From Clostridia bacterium (GTDB taxonomy: Bacteria > Bacillota > Sulfobacillia > SLMV01): DNA of 64,000 nucleotides. The stretch covers positions 6,552 to 70,551 of the forward strand of contig PUNF01000036.1 in assembly GCA_003552525.1 (NCBI GenBank). Direction: 5' to 3'. The first letter of the stretch is position 1. The number at the start of each line of letters is the position of its first letter. Below, in pieces: positions 55,754 through 64,000 of the stretch. The position numbers were made by a program, and so were the translations under genes. The notes beneath the pieces were generated by a model that saw only the letters and a list, made by a program, of their open reading frames with translations, made no database searches and was not told the origin of the DNA.

Positions 55754-56030
55754 AGCCTCCCCCTCCCAGAAGATCTTCTAGGTGGATCCGGGAGCCTTCG
55801 TTCTCCAGTGGCAACATCGTCTCGGCAATGTTGAGATTGATTTCACCCATGTGCTCGTACCCGGAGCGTAGGGATTCACGGAGGCCGGAATCCCCACGGG
55901 TCCTTACGTAGGTTTGCATGGCATCGCCGATGAGTTCATCCCGGCTGCAATTCAATGATCGAGCAAGGTTGTCCAGCTGCTGTAGCAATTCCGCGTTCAG
56001 TTGCACGTTGATTTCTTTCGATTCACTCAT
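55740..56030 (-). CDS. ndoAI: MazE/EndoAI-like antitoxin (RHH)
   Basis: [23 protein letters not shown] ... [17 protein letters not shown] resembles B. subtilis EndoAI (…RRGYMEMAKINLNI…). Start placed at the internal Met; the 94-codon ORF-track extension is rejected. Overlaps the ndoA start. Confidence 0.8.
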   Translation of the reverse strand: MSESKEINVQLNAELLQQLDNLARSLNCSRDELIGDAMQTYVRTRGDSGLRESLRSGYEHMGEINLNIAETMLPLENEGSRIHLEDLLGGGGFADS

Positions 56031-57277
56031 TGCATGGATCCCTCCACGGAACGAAGGGCTTCGCCGTATCGAAGCAGTCTCGCACGACCCTGCAGACGGC
56101 CTCCGCGATAAAGCATGCGCGGCACACGGGGACCAATCCTCGTGAAGATCTCGTGGGCGATGGTGCCCAGTATGGTGGATAGTTCTTCGACGTCCACCGT
56201 TTCCCCTGCCATACTTCCCATGAGTACGACTTCTTCGCCCGGTTGTGGTGTCAGCCCGTCGGGGAGTAGGACCATGGTCTGGTCCATGCAGACCCTGCCG
56301 GCGATCGGACACCGCCGTCCCCGGATCAAGACCTGGCCCACACCGTGGGACAGGGCCCTGGGGTAGCCGTCGGCATAGCCCACCGGAAGTGTCGCCAGTG
56401 TTTGCGATCGTGTCGCGGTAAAAGCACGCCCGTACCCGACGGTATCACCGGGAGACAATTGTTTCACCTGCGCGATTCTCGTCTTCCATGTCATAAATGG
56501 CCTGACGGCCACGCTGCGACTCACCGTCTTGGACGGGTACACACCGTACATGGTAATACCGGGGCGCACCATTTCCATCGCTACGTCCGGGTAATCCAGG
56601 ATACCGGCACTGTTGCAAAGGTGGCGCATGGGAATTTGTATGCCGGCGAGACGGAGGCAATTACATAGGTGCATGAACGCGCGAATCTGATGGCGGGTAT
56701 AGGCGCGGTCTTCGTCGGCGACGGCAAAGTGCGTGAAGATGCCCTCGAGCCTGAGACCGGGCATGGAGGCGATTTCCGCGATTTCCGCGGTAGTCGAATC
56801 CGTGACGGGCATGCCGACGCGGAACATCCCCGTGTCGATCTTGACATGCACCACCGCAGTGCGATTCGCAGCCGTCGCGGCCCGGGATAACGCGCGGGCG
56901 TCGTCTACGTCAAACACCGTGAGGCCCAAGTCGGCCCGCACGGCCGCGGGCATCAATTCGGGTGGGGTCCATCCCAACACCAGTATGGGTACCTCGAATC
57001 CCTCCGACCGCAGGGCCAGTCCTTCGTCTGCAATGGCCACGGCCAACAAGTCCGCCCCGGACTGCAGGGCCGTTTCCGCCACGGGAATGGCGCCGTGCCC
57101 GTATCCCTCGGCCTTCACCACGGCCGCCATCCTGGCATCCCGCGCACCAAAGGCATCGAGGTGCGCGCGCATCCTCTGGACGTTCATGGCCAGCCCATCC
57201 AAATCAATCTCCAGCCAATTGGGCCGCAGACCCCCTGGGAAATCCCGCACACTCCCACCCTTTCTCAATTCATGCAT
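56027..57277 (-). CDS. alr: Alanine racemase
   Basis: AVVKAEGYGHG (PLP Lys) and the C-terminal beta domain. Start at the second Met (57277), giving an 8-nt overlap with nnr. Confidence 0.9.
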   Translation of the reverse strand: MHELRKGGSVRDFPGGLRPNWLEIDLDGLAMNVQRMRAHLDAFGARDARMAAVVKAEGYGHGAIPVAETALQSGADLLAVAIADEGLALRSEGFEVPILVLGWTPPELMPAAVRADLGLTVFDVDDARALSRAATAANRTAVVHVKIDTGMFRVGMPVTDSTTAEIAEIASMPGLRLEGIFTHFAVADEDRAYTRHQIRAFMHLCNCLRLAGIQIPMRHLCNSAGILDYPDVAMEMVRPGITMYGVYPSKTVSRSVAVRPFMTWKTRIAQVKQLSPGDTVGYGRAFTATRSQTLATLPVGYADGYPRALSHGVGQVLIRGRRCPIAGRVCMDQTMVLLPDGLTPQPGEEVVLMGSMAGETVDVEELSTILGTIAHEIFTRIGPRVPRMLYRGGRLQGRARLLRYGEALRSVEGSMQ

Positions 57278-58874
57278 GGTGCTCCAGTTCGATGAGGACA
57301 TCGGAGAGATATCGCGTCACATCCCGGGGCAACAGGCTCCGGGGATGGATCGACTCGACTCCGACGTCCGCAGCACGCCCGTGGATGTAACACGCCGTAA
57401 CGGCGGCCCTCCAAGGCGGAGTACCCTCCGTCAGCAATGTCGCGACGATACCCGTCAATACATCACCCGACCCACCGGTGGCCAACCCCACGTTCCCCGT
57501 GGAGTTGACCGCCACCGTACCACCGGGAGAAGCGACCACGGCCGGCGCACCCTTGAGGAGTACTACGCCCCCGGTGAGTGCAGCCGCCCTGCGTGCCCAT
57601 CCCGCGCGATCCGCGGTAATCGCCGACAACGGTTCATCCACCAGGCGGGCCAGCTCTCCCGGATGGGGCGTGAGGACGATGTTTCCTTCGAGCCCGAAAG
57701 TGCGGATCAGCCCGGGGTCGGGCGCCAGGGCATTGATGGCGTCGGCATCGAGGACGATGGGAACACTGCTTCGTTCACCCAGGACCTCGAGCAATTGGAC
57801 GACCAGCTCCCGGGCATCGTATCCCCGGCCCAGCCCGGGTCCGATGGCCAATCCATCGAAACCATCCACCAGATCGGCCACGAGATCACGGGCTGCATCC
57901 ACGGAAAAGCGTCCCTCGATGGTGGGCAGGGCCACCGTCATGGCCTCGGTCAATTTTTGGGCCATGATGTCCTGCAGGGTCTCGGCGACAGCGCACGTCA
58001 CGGTGCCGGCACCCATCCGCAGGGAGGCCTCCGCTGTCATCGCCGGCGCACCGGTCATTCCCGGCGATCCACCCAGGATCAGAAGATGTCCGAATGTGCC
58101 TTTATGCCCCACCGCCGATCGCTTCGGCAGGTATGCGCGCACCTGCGATTCGTGGGTGAGCGTGAGACGTGATGCGCCCACGGACCATGCTTCGCGCAGT
58201 ACTTCCTTCGGTATGCCGATGTCCACCGAAACCACGCGACCCGCCGCCAGGTTGCCCGGTTCCAGGAGAATCCCGGGTTTTGGTGCGCCGAACGTGACGG
58301 TGACGTCGGCCATCACGGAGACGGGCAACCCCGCGCCTGTATCCGCATCGGACCCACTGGGCACATCCACGGAAACCACGCTGCCGGGTGCCCGGTTCAT
58401 GTACGCGATCAACTGATCGTAGGGCTGTCGGAGTGATCCCGATAGACCGGTACCAAGAAGGGCGTCAACGACCACGTGCGACTCACCCAATACCCGTTGT
58501 ACCAAAGCGGCGTCGAGCTTCCCCGAATCGTCGATCACGCGGTGAACCAAGACGGGATGCGCGGATAACCGCCGCACCATCTCACCGGCATCACCCGACA
58601 TCCGCGTAAGGTCTACCGCAGATAGAACCTGCACGCCGATTCCACGAACGTACAGCATCCGGGCGACGGCCAGACCATCCCCGCCGTTGTTCCCCGGGCC
58701 CACGACGACAGTCACTCGATCCCCCCGGTTTCGGATACGCAGTATTTCGCGCACGACCCCGGCGGCAGCGGCCTCCATCAGTCGCATCCCGGGAATGCCC
58801 CTATCCTCGATCGCCGTACGATCGGCGATTCCCATCTGTTCGGCAGTCAATACGTAGCGGAAGTCATCTTGCAT
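57270..58874 (-). CDS. nnr: Bifunctional NAD(P)H-hydrate repair enzyme (YjeF-N epimerase / YjeF-C ADP-dependent dehydratase)
   Basis: N-terminal VVVGPGNNGGDGLAVARML and a C-terminal carbohydrate-kinase-like domain (GPGLG ... GGSGDVLTG). ATG at 58874 verified. Confidence 0.85.
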   Translation of the reverse strand: MQDDFRYVLTAEQMGIADRTAIEDRGIPGMRLMEAAAAGVVREILRIRNRGDRVTVVVGPGNNGGDGLAVARMLYVRGIGVQVLSAVDLTRMSGDAGEMVRRLSAHPVLVHRVIDDSGKLDAALVQRVLGESHVVVDALLGTGLSGSLRQPYDQLIAYMNRAPGSVVSVDVPSGSDADTGAGLPVSVMADVTVTFGAPKPGILLEPGNLAAGRVVSVDIGIPKEVLREAWSVGASRLTLTHESQVRAYLPKRSAVGHKGTFGHLLILGGSPGMTGAPAMTAEASLRMGAGTVTCAVAETLQDIMAQKLTEAMTVALPTIEGRFSVDAARDLVADLVDGFDGLAIGPGLGRGYDARELVVQLLEVLGERSSVPIVLDADAINALAPDPGLIRTFGLEGNIVLTPHPGELARLVDEPLSAITADRAGWARRAAALTGGVVLLKGAPAVVASPGGTVAVNSTGNVGLATGGSGDVLTGIVATLLTEGTPPWRAAVTACYIHGRAADVGVESIHPRSLLPRDVTRYLSDVLIELEHHA

Positions 58875-59298
58875 CGATCGGACTCCTCCCCGTAGCCGGG
58901 ATATCCTCGCCTGCAACCAACATGGCAACGGCAACCGCGTATTCCACGGAGTGACTAATACTCAGGTGTACTGCGGTCGCGCCGAGGTCGGCGGCGATCC
59001 GCCCGGTATGCCCATGCAGGTGGACCCGCGGCTCTCCCATCTTCCCGGGCAACACCTCGACATCCTGCCAGGCGACACCGCCCAGTCCCGGGCCGAGCGT
59101 CTTGCGAACCGCTTCCTTCGCAGCCCAACGACCGGCCAATCTGCGGTGCCGATTCTTCCCGTCCCCAGCGTAGTCCAGCTCGGCGGGCGTGTAAATGCGC
59201 CCGAGGAAGGATGTACCGCGTCGCGATATGATCCCTGCTATACGGGAGATCTCGACGATATCAATACCCAGGCCCAGCGTGCGTTCTCCCATGGCCAC
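58864..59298 (-). CDS. acpS: Holo-[acyl-carrier-protein] synthase
   Basis: GLGIDIVEISRI ... 4'-phosphopantetheinyl transferase motifs; 144 aa. Confidence 0.85.
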   Translation of the reverse strand: MAMGERTLGLGIDIVEISRIAGIISRRGTSFLGRIYTPAELDYAGDGKNRHRRLAGRWAAKEAVRKTLGPGLGGVAWQDVEVLPGKMGEPRVHLHGHTGRIAADLGATAVHLSISHSVEYAVAVAMLVAGEDIPATGRSPIDAR

Positions 59299-61155
59299 CT
59301 ACTCCACGGTCACGCTCTTGGCGAGATTGCGCGGTTTGTCGACGGGACAACCCCGCATGACTGCCGTGTGATAGGCCAACAACTGTAGTGCCAGGGCGAC
59401 CAACACCGGGGAGAGTACCTCTGCGGTTCTGGGGATCGGGATGACCGCATCGGCGATGGCTGCGGTCCGATCCTCGGGCCGATCCGTCACGAGACAAATC
59501 CATCCGCCGCGCGCCCGAACCTCCTCGACATTGGACGCCATCTTCTCCCGAAGGTGATCCTGGGTAGAAATGGCGATAACCGGGATGTCCTGTTCGATCA
59601 AGGCGAGGGTCCCGTGCTTGAGTTCGCCGGCGGCGCAAGCCTCGGCGTGGATGTAGGAGATCTCTTTCAACTTCAGCTGGCCTTCCATCGCCGCCGCGAA
59701 GTCCAGTCCACGACCAATGAAAAATGCATCCTCCCAGGGGGCAAGATATCCTGCAACGCCCAGTACCGCTTCCTGGTCATCGAGCAGCCGTTCGGCTTCG
59801 CCGGGGAGGTCGGGCGCATGGGCCAAGACCGCCCGCATTCGCTGGGCGTTTTCCTCTCGCATGCCCCGCGTCGTGCCGAGGTGGCCGGCAATGAGGTCGA
59901 GGATCAGCAGCTGCGTGGTGTAAGTCTTCGTGGAAGCCACGGAAATCTCGGGGCCCGCACGGGTGAAGACCACGTCATCGACCCCCCGGGACAGGGAGGA
60001 ACCGACGACGTTGGTAATGCCGAGGGTGGGGGCGTCCGCTTGCTTCGCGAGATCCAGGCAGGCAAGGGTATCCGCGGTTTCTCCCGACTGGCTCACGAAC
60101 ACCACCAGGGAATCGGTTCCCAGTGCCGGATCCGCGTACCGGAACTCGGAGGCGATCTCTGCACGGGCGGGAATGCCGAGCATCCGCTCAAATTGCGGCC
60201 TGGCGGCGAGGGCTGCATGGTAGGAAGTACCGCACCCCACCAGATATACCTGGGACAGGCGGTCCACGATACCCGTGGTGTATTCCAGCTCGGGAAGGTA
60301 GACGGTATCGTCACCGATCCGTCCCTGTAAAGCCGCCACCCATGCCGCGGGCTGCTCCAGGATCTCCTTGATCATGAAGTGGGGATGTCCTCCGCGCTCG
60401 GCGTCCTCCGCATCCCAGTCCACCACCTCCACGGGGCGCTCCACTTCCTGCCCGGATTCATCGAAAATCGCATACCCGTTCCGGGTAAGAAGGGCGAAAT
60501 CACCGTTCTCGAGGATGACCACGTTCCGGGTGTATGGCAATACGGCGGCAATATCCGATGCGAGGAAGTACTCGTCTTCCCCGACGCCCACGATCAGTGG
60601 ACTTTCCCGGCGAACACCGACGAGCGCCTCTCCATCGTCCCCCTTGCCGGACTCGACCACGGCGAGGGCATAGGCTCCCCTCAGGTTGCGTACCGCCTCC
60701 ATGGTCGCCTCGAGCAGGTCCGCACCCGCATCGCGGTGGGTCTCCACCAGGTGCGGAATCACCTCCGTATCGACCTCCGAACGAAACTTGTGTCCCTCTT
60801 CGCGCAACGCCTGCCCGAGCTCAAAATAGTTCTCAATGATCCCGTTATGCACCACGGCCAGTGAACCGGTACAGTCGGTGTGCGGATGCGCATTGTCATC
60901 GCTGGGCGGTCCATGCGTAGCCCAGCGGGTGTGACCGATGCCCGCACCGGAGAACCGGGGCGGGTCTTCTTGTAATCCTCTCTGCAAACCGGTTTCAATT
61001 TCGCCCTGCCTCTTAATCACGTGCACCTGCCCGCCTGCCCGAGGAACCAGTGCAAGCCCGGCGGAGTCATAGCCCCGGTATTCCAGCCGCCGCAGCCCAT
61101 CCATGATCACATCCGTCGCACAACGCGGGCCGATATATCCAACAATGCCACACAT
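59299..61155 (-). CDS. glmS: Glutamine--fructose-6-phosphate aminotransferase
   Basis: MCGIVGYIG Ntn-Cys start, two SIS domains, C-terminal ...VTVE; 618 aa. Confidence 0.95.
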   Translation of the reverse strand: MCGIVGYIGPRCATDVIMDGLRRLEYRGYDSAGLALVPRAGGQVHVIKRQGEIETGLQRGLQEDPPRFSGAGIGHTRWATHGPPSDDNAHPHTDCTGSLAVVHNGIIENYFELGQALREEGHKFRSEVDTEVIPHLVETHRDAGADLLEATMEAVRNLRGAYALAVVESGKGDDGEALVGVRRESPLIVGVGEDEYFLASDIAAVLPYTRNVVILENGDFALLTRNGYAIFDESGQEVERPVEVVDWDAEDAERGGHPHFMIKEILEQPAAWVAALQGRIGDDTVYLPELEYTTGIVDRLSQVYLVGCGTSYHAALAARPQFERMLGIPARAEIASEFRYADPALGTDSLVVFVSQSGETADTLACLDLAKQADAPTLGITNVVGSSLSRGVDDVVFTRAGPEISVASTKTYTTQLLILDLIAGHLGTTRGMREENAQRMRAVLAHAPDLPGEAERLLDDQEAVLGVAGYLAPWEDAFFIGRGLDFAAAMEGQLKLKEISYIHAEACAAGELKHGTLALIEQDIPVIAISTQDHLREKMASNVEEVRARGGWICLVTDRPEDRTAAIADAVIPIPRTAEVLSPVLVALALQLLAYHTAVMRGCPVDKPRNLAKSVTVE

Positions 61156-61209
61156 GATAACTCCCCCTCACCCGAAAACGGGTCGATAGAATCGGGGGAG
61201 GCCCAGACC

Positions 61210-61361
61210 CATCGGATCATCCGACGCCCTTTGTCCCCGGGATCACTCCCGGGCTTTGTGGCTACGGTAACGACCGATCCCGCCGTGGAGCATCCGCCGA
61301 AGGCTCGATAAACTCCATCCTCGTCAGCCCGCCGTGCAAATGCCGTCGGGCCCTGGCGCTC
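61210..61361 (-). ncRNA. glmS ribozyme (GlcN6P-responsive self-cleaving riboswitch) in the glmS 5' leader
   Basis: The minus-strand leader reads A/GCGCCAGGGCCCGACGGC...GACGAGGATGGAGTTTATCGAGCCTTCGGCGGATGCTCCACGGC.... This matches the conserved glmS ribozyme core (B. subtilis AGCGCC...GACGAGGAUGGAGGUUAUCGAAUUUUCGGCGGAUGCCUCCCGGC) with compensatory changes. It is followed by the GAGGGGGAG RBS and the glmS ATG. Confidence 0.85.
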
Positions 61362-61400
61362 TCTTCATTCGCGATAACGGGTCCAGCCAGCCCCTCGTTT

Positions 61401-62759
61401 TCATCCCAGTTGTCTCTTGACCACTTCCGCCAGTTCACCTGCAATGGTTTCGATGACATCGCGGCTCGGGCCCTCGATCAATACGCGCACGACCGGTTCT
61501 GTGCCGGAGGCCCGCACGATGATCCGTCCATCCCCACCGAGGCGTTCCCTCGCCTCCTCGATCGCCGCGGAGATGATCTCGTTGTCTTCGAGGCCCGCTC
61601 GATCCGACACGGGAACGTTCTTGACGATTTGCGGGTACTTCTCGAAATCCGCGACGAGGTCCGGTAGGGAACTGCCGGTGCGTACCTGTGCACGAGCCAC
61701 CGCCAACGCGGAGAGGATCCCGTCCCCCGTGGTGGCACAATTGCCGATAATGATGTGCCCCGATATTTCTCCACCGAGGGTGGCCCCGTCCTGTCGCATC
61801 CTGATCATGATCTCGCGGTCTCCCACGGGACACTGTATCGTGTTCAACCCCAGTGCGGAGAGGCACCTGGTGAGCCCGAGATTGTTAATCATGGTGGCGA
61901 CCACGGTGTCGCCCTCGAGGTCACCGGTCTCGGACATCTCCTTCGCGATGATATACAGGATATCATCCCCGTCGAACACGCGACCATCTGGGGCAACCGC
62001 GACGAGACGATCCGCGTCCCCATCGAGGGCGAAGCCCACGTCGTAGTCACCGGAGAGCATCATCCCCACCAGGGCCTCGGGCTGCGTGGAACCGCAGCCG
62101 ACATTGATATTCACCCCGTCGGGGGTATCATAGATCACCGTTACCTCTGCCCCCACCGATCGGAAGGCTGCGGGACCAAGCCGATAACCGGCACCGTTGG
62201 AACAATCCATTGCGACCCGCAACCCGTTCAAGGCGTCGGCGGACAACCCGAGGGAATTCCGCAGGTGCCGAAGATAGTCATACACCATTCCATCGCCACG
62301 CAGGTACCGTCCGAGGCCTGCCCCCGAGACCCGGGCAGGCTCGACACCCATTCGGCCTTCGATATCCACCTCATCTTCGGGGGATAGCTTGTATCCGTGG
62401 GCATCAAAGAACTTGATCCCGTTGTATTCGGGCGGATTGTGACTCGCGGAGATCACGATCCCCGCCAACGCACTCCGCGAACCCGATACTGCATGTGCCA
62501 CGGCCGGGGTAGGCACGACGCCCATGTCCACCATGTGAATACCCATGGAGGTCAGTGCCGCGGCGATTGACCCGGCGAACATATCGCCCGATAGACGCGT
62601 ATCGCGCCCGACGATCACCCGGGGATTCTCCGGCCCCTCGGTGTAGTCATCCTGCAAGAAGGCCATCGCCGCACGCACGAGATCGAAGGCAAGATCCGGG
62701 GTCAGCTCCACGTTTGCCACACCGCGAACCCCGTCCGTTCCAAACAATGTCGGTGCCAT
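61401..62759 (-). CDS. glmM: Phosphoglucosamine mutase
   Basis: MAPTLFGTDGVRG ... SASHNPPEYNGIKF (phosphoserine loop); 452 aa. Confidence 0.9.
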   Translation of the reverse strand: MAPTLFGTDGVRGVANVELTPDLAFDLVRAAMAFLQDDYTEGPENPRVIVGRDTRLSGDMFAGSIAAALTSMGIHMVDMGVVPTPAVAHAVSGSRSALAGIVISASHNPPEYNGIKFFDAHGYKLSPEDEVDIEGRMGVEPARVSGAGLGRYLRGDGMVYDYLRHLRNSLGLSADALNGLRVAMDCSNGAGYRLGPAAFRSVGAEVTVIYDTPDGVNINVGCGSTQPEALVGMMLSGDYDVGFALDGDADRLVAVAPDGRVFDGDDILYIIAKEMSETGDLEGDTVVATMINNLGLTRCLSALGLNTIQCPVGDREIMIRMRQDGATLGGEISGHIIIGNCATTGDGILSALAVARAQVRTGSSLPDLVADFEKYPQIVKNVPVSDRAGLEDNEIISAAIEEARERLGGDGRIIVRASGTEPVVRVLIEGPSRDVIETIAGELAEVVKRQLG

Positions 62760-62781
62760 ATATTCCTCCGTTCAATACCCC

Positions 62782-63831
62782 TCAGGGTTCAACAATCTGC
62801 AAAGTGATGGTGAGGAGTACCTCCTCGGGCTCCAGCCGTATTTCCCGGGCATCTACGTTTCCGGGAAGTGCGACCTGAGCCGTTACTTCGTATTCGAAGG
62901 AGTCGCCGACCTGGGGTCCTACGTCCTCTTGATCCGCGTCCGCTTCGTCGGCGGCTTCAACTTCGTCCTCTCCCACCTCCACCTCCTCCTCCTCGAGGAG
63001 GTCCTCCAAGCGCAACTCCGAGAGATCCACCGGCGACGTCACCAGGTGCGTCAGTTCCTCGACGGCACTTTCGGGTCCCGTCACCGTCGCTTTTTCGGGA
63101 TTTGCCGTAATCCCCCTGATCACCAGCCCCTCTGGGGGGCTGCCGAATACCACCGGGCGGATGGGAATATCTTCGCTCACCTGGCTCGCTTCCATCGGAA
63201 CCACGATATCGATCTGGCGCGGCGTCACCATCACACCCCGCACGGGTTCGCCATGCCTATCCACGGGGGTGCAAATCACCTGTTCCCGCAGATCCCGGTC
63301 CAGCCCATCGACATCCACCTGCGCGACCACCTGGTACACCTCCGCGATACGGCTTGCGGGTCCCTCGATCACGACCTGTGTAGGGTCCGCCGACGGTTCG
63401 GCCAGCTCTACCTCGGGTTCGCCGGACAGGCTCACGTGAACCGAGAAGACCTCCTCCACGGATGACTCCAGCGTAACGGTGACGGTTTGTGGCGTAACCT
63501 GCACAAGCTGCACGCCACGGGGAACGGATACGGTCACGAAATAGTTCAACGATCCCTCCTCGGCGCCCGCGAGGCTGACCGTAGCCAAGAAATCGTCCCG
63601 CGTTACATCCTGCATGATCTCCCGATCTCCCCGCAGGGTCACGTCGACCTCGGAGGGGCTCATTTCTGCGACGGACAGGTCCTCGGGTATGTCGCGCCAA
63701 CCCAGCGGAATGCCCGTAAACGTCCGCTGCACTTCACGCGCACTTCCACCCGTAACCTGGACCCAAAGGACGAGCGCGATGAACACAGAAAGCGCGAGGA
63801 TAAACCGGTCATTGAATAGAAGTCTACTCAC
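62782..63831 (-). CDS. cdaR: YbbR-domain protein CdaR (regulator of diadenylate cyclase CdaA)
   Basis: N-terminal TM (LLFNDRFILALSVFIALVLWV) followed by repeated YbbR-like beta domains. GTG start after GGGAGGTGG, overlapping the cdaA stop (GTGAGTAG). Confidence 0.8.
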   Translation of the reverse strand: MSRLLFNDRFILALSVFIALVLWVQVTGGSAREVQRTFTGIPLGWRDIPEDLSVAEMSPSEVDVTLRGDREIMQDVTRDDFLATVSLAGAEEGSLNYFVTVSVPRGVQLVQVTPQTVTVTLESSVEEVFSVHVSLSGEPEVELAEPSADPTQVVIEGPASRIAEVYQVVAQVDVDGLDRDLREQVICTPVDRHGEPVRGVMVTPRQIDIVVPMEASQVSEDIPIRPVVFGSPPEGLVIRGITANPEKATVTGPESAVEELTHLVTSPVDLSELRLEDLLEEEEVEVGEDEVEAADEADADQEDVGPQVGDSFEYEVTAQVALPGNVDAREIRLEPEEVLLTITLQIVEP

Positions 63832-64000
63832 CGTCGCCACCTCCCGACGTGCTGAGGTAGGAAAGAATGGACGACCGGTCGTTCGCCGACAGCAACTCGT
63901 ATAGCATCTCCCGCACCGTTTCGTCATCGAGGTTTCGTACGAGCTTCCCGCTTCGAGCCAAGGATATGGCACCATTCTCCTCGGAGACAACGAGTACGAC
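63824..64000 (-). CDS. cdaA: Diadenylate cyclase CdaA, C-terminal 58 codons (5' part outside window)
   Basis: Minus-strand translation VVLVVSEENGAISLARSGKLVRNLDDETVREMLYELL... matches the DAC-domain C-terminus (B. subtilis ...IVVSEETGSISLA...). The frame runs off the window edge. Confidence 0.7.
   Translation of the reverse strand, partial: VVLVVSEENGAISLARSGKLVRNLDDETVREMLYELLSANDRSSILSYLSTSGGGDGE

Noticed and set aside
56733-58172. 479-aa plus-strand ORF antisense to alr/nnr
   Set aside because: Same reasoning: antisense to two conserved genes, with low-complexity composition.

Overview
This is a high-GC (roughly two-thirds G+C by eye), extremely gene-dense 64 kb window, and almost every gene is on the minus strand, with frequent 1-4 nt stop/start overlaps. 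Gene content and order are strikingly Bacillus-like despite the GC content. The chain runs cdaA-cdaR-glmM-[glmS ribozyme]-glmS, acpS-nnr-alr-mazE-mazF, tsaE-tsaB-rimI-tsaD, [CIRCE]-groES-groEL, guaA-hpt, a complete Firmicutes-type purEBCSQLFMNHD operon, pcrA and gatCAB. This suggests a high-GC member of the Firmicutes/Bacillota (for example a Symbiobacterium-, Thermaerobacter- or Limnochordia-like organism; this is inference). The window also contains a CDF/ZIP metal-transporter pair, an Opp-like ABC substrate-binding protein plus two ATPases with no permease genes but a translationally coupled DUF368 membrane protein, and a seven-gene peptidase/amidohydrolase cluster. No transposase, integrase, CRISPR array, rRNA or tRNA was recognised. 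The most unusual content is two paralogous, same-orientation operons about 8 kb apart. Each encodes a ~610-626 aa EutA/MutL/DdrA-type ASKHA ATPase followed by a ~380-420 aa partner with a lipoyl-like N-terminal barrel; the ATPase family is otherwise known as B12-enzyme reactivases. Neither copy has a B12-dependent or radical enzyme nearby; both sit among housekeeping genes, and each has its own small accessory gene. This looks like an undescribed, duplicated ATPase-chaperone-like module. Many ORF-track N-termini are over-extended; starts were re-placed using conservation, RBS (GGAGG-like) and overlap logic, often at TTG/GTG.
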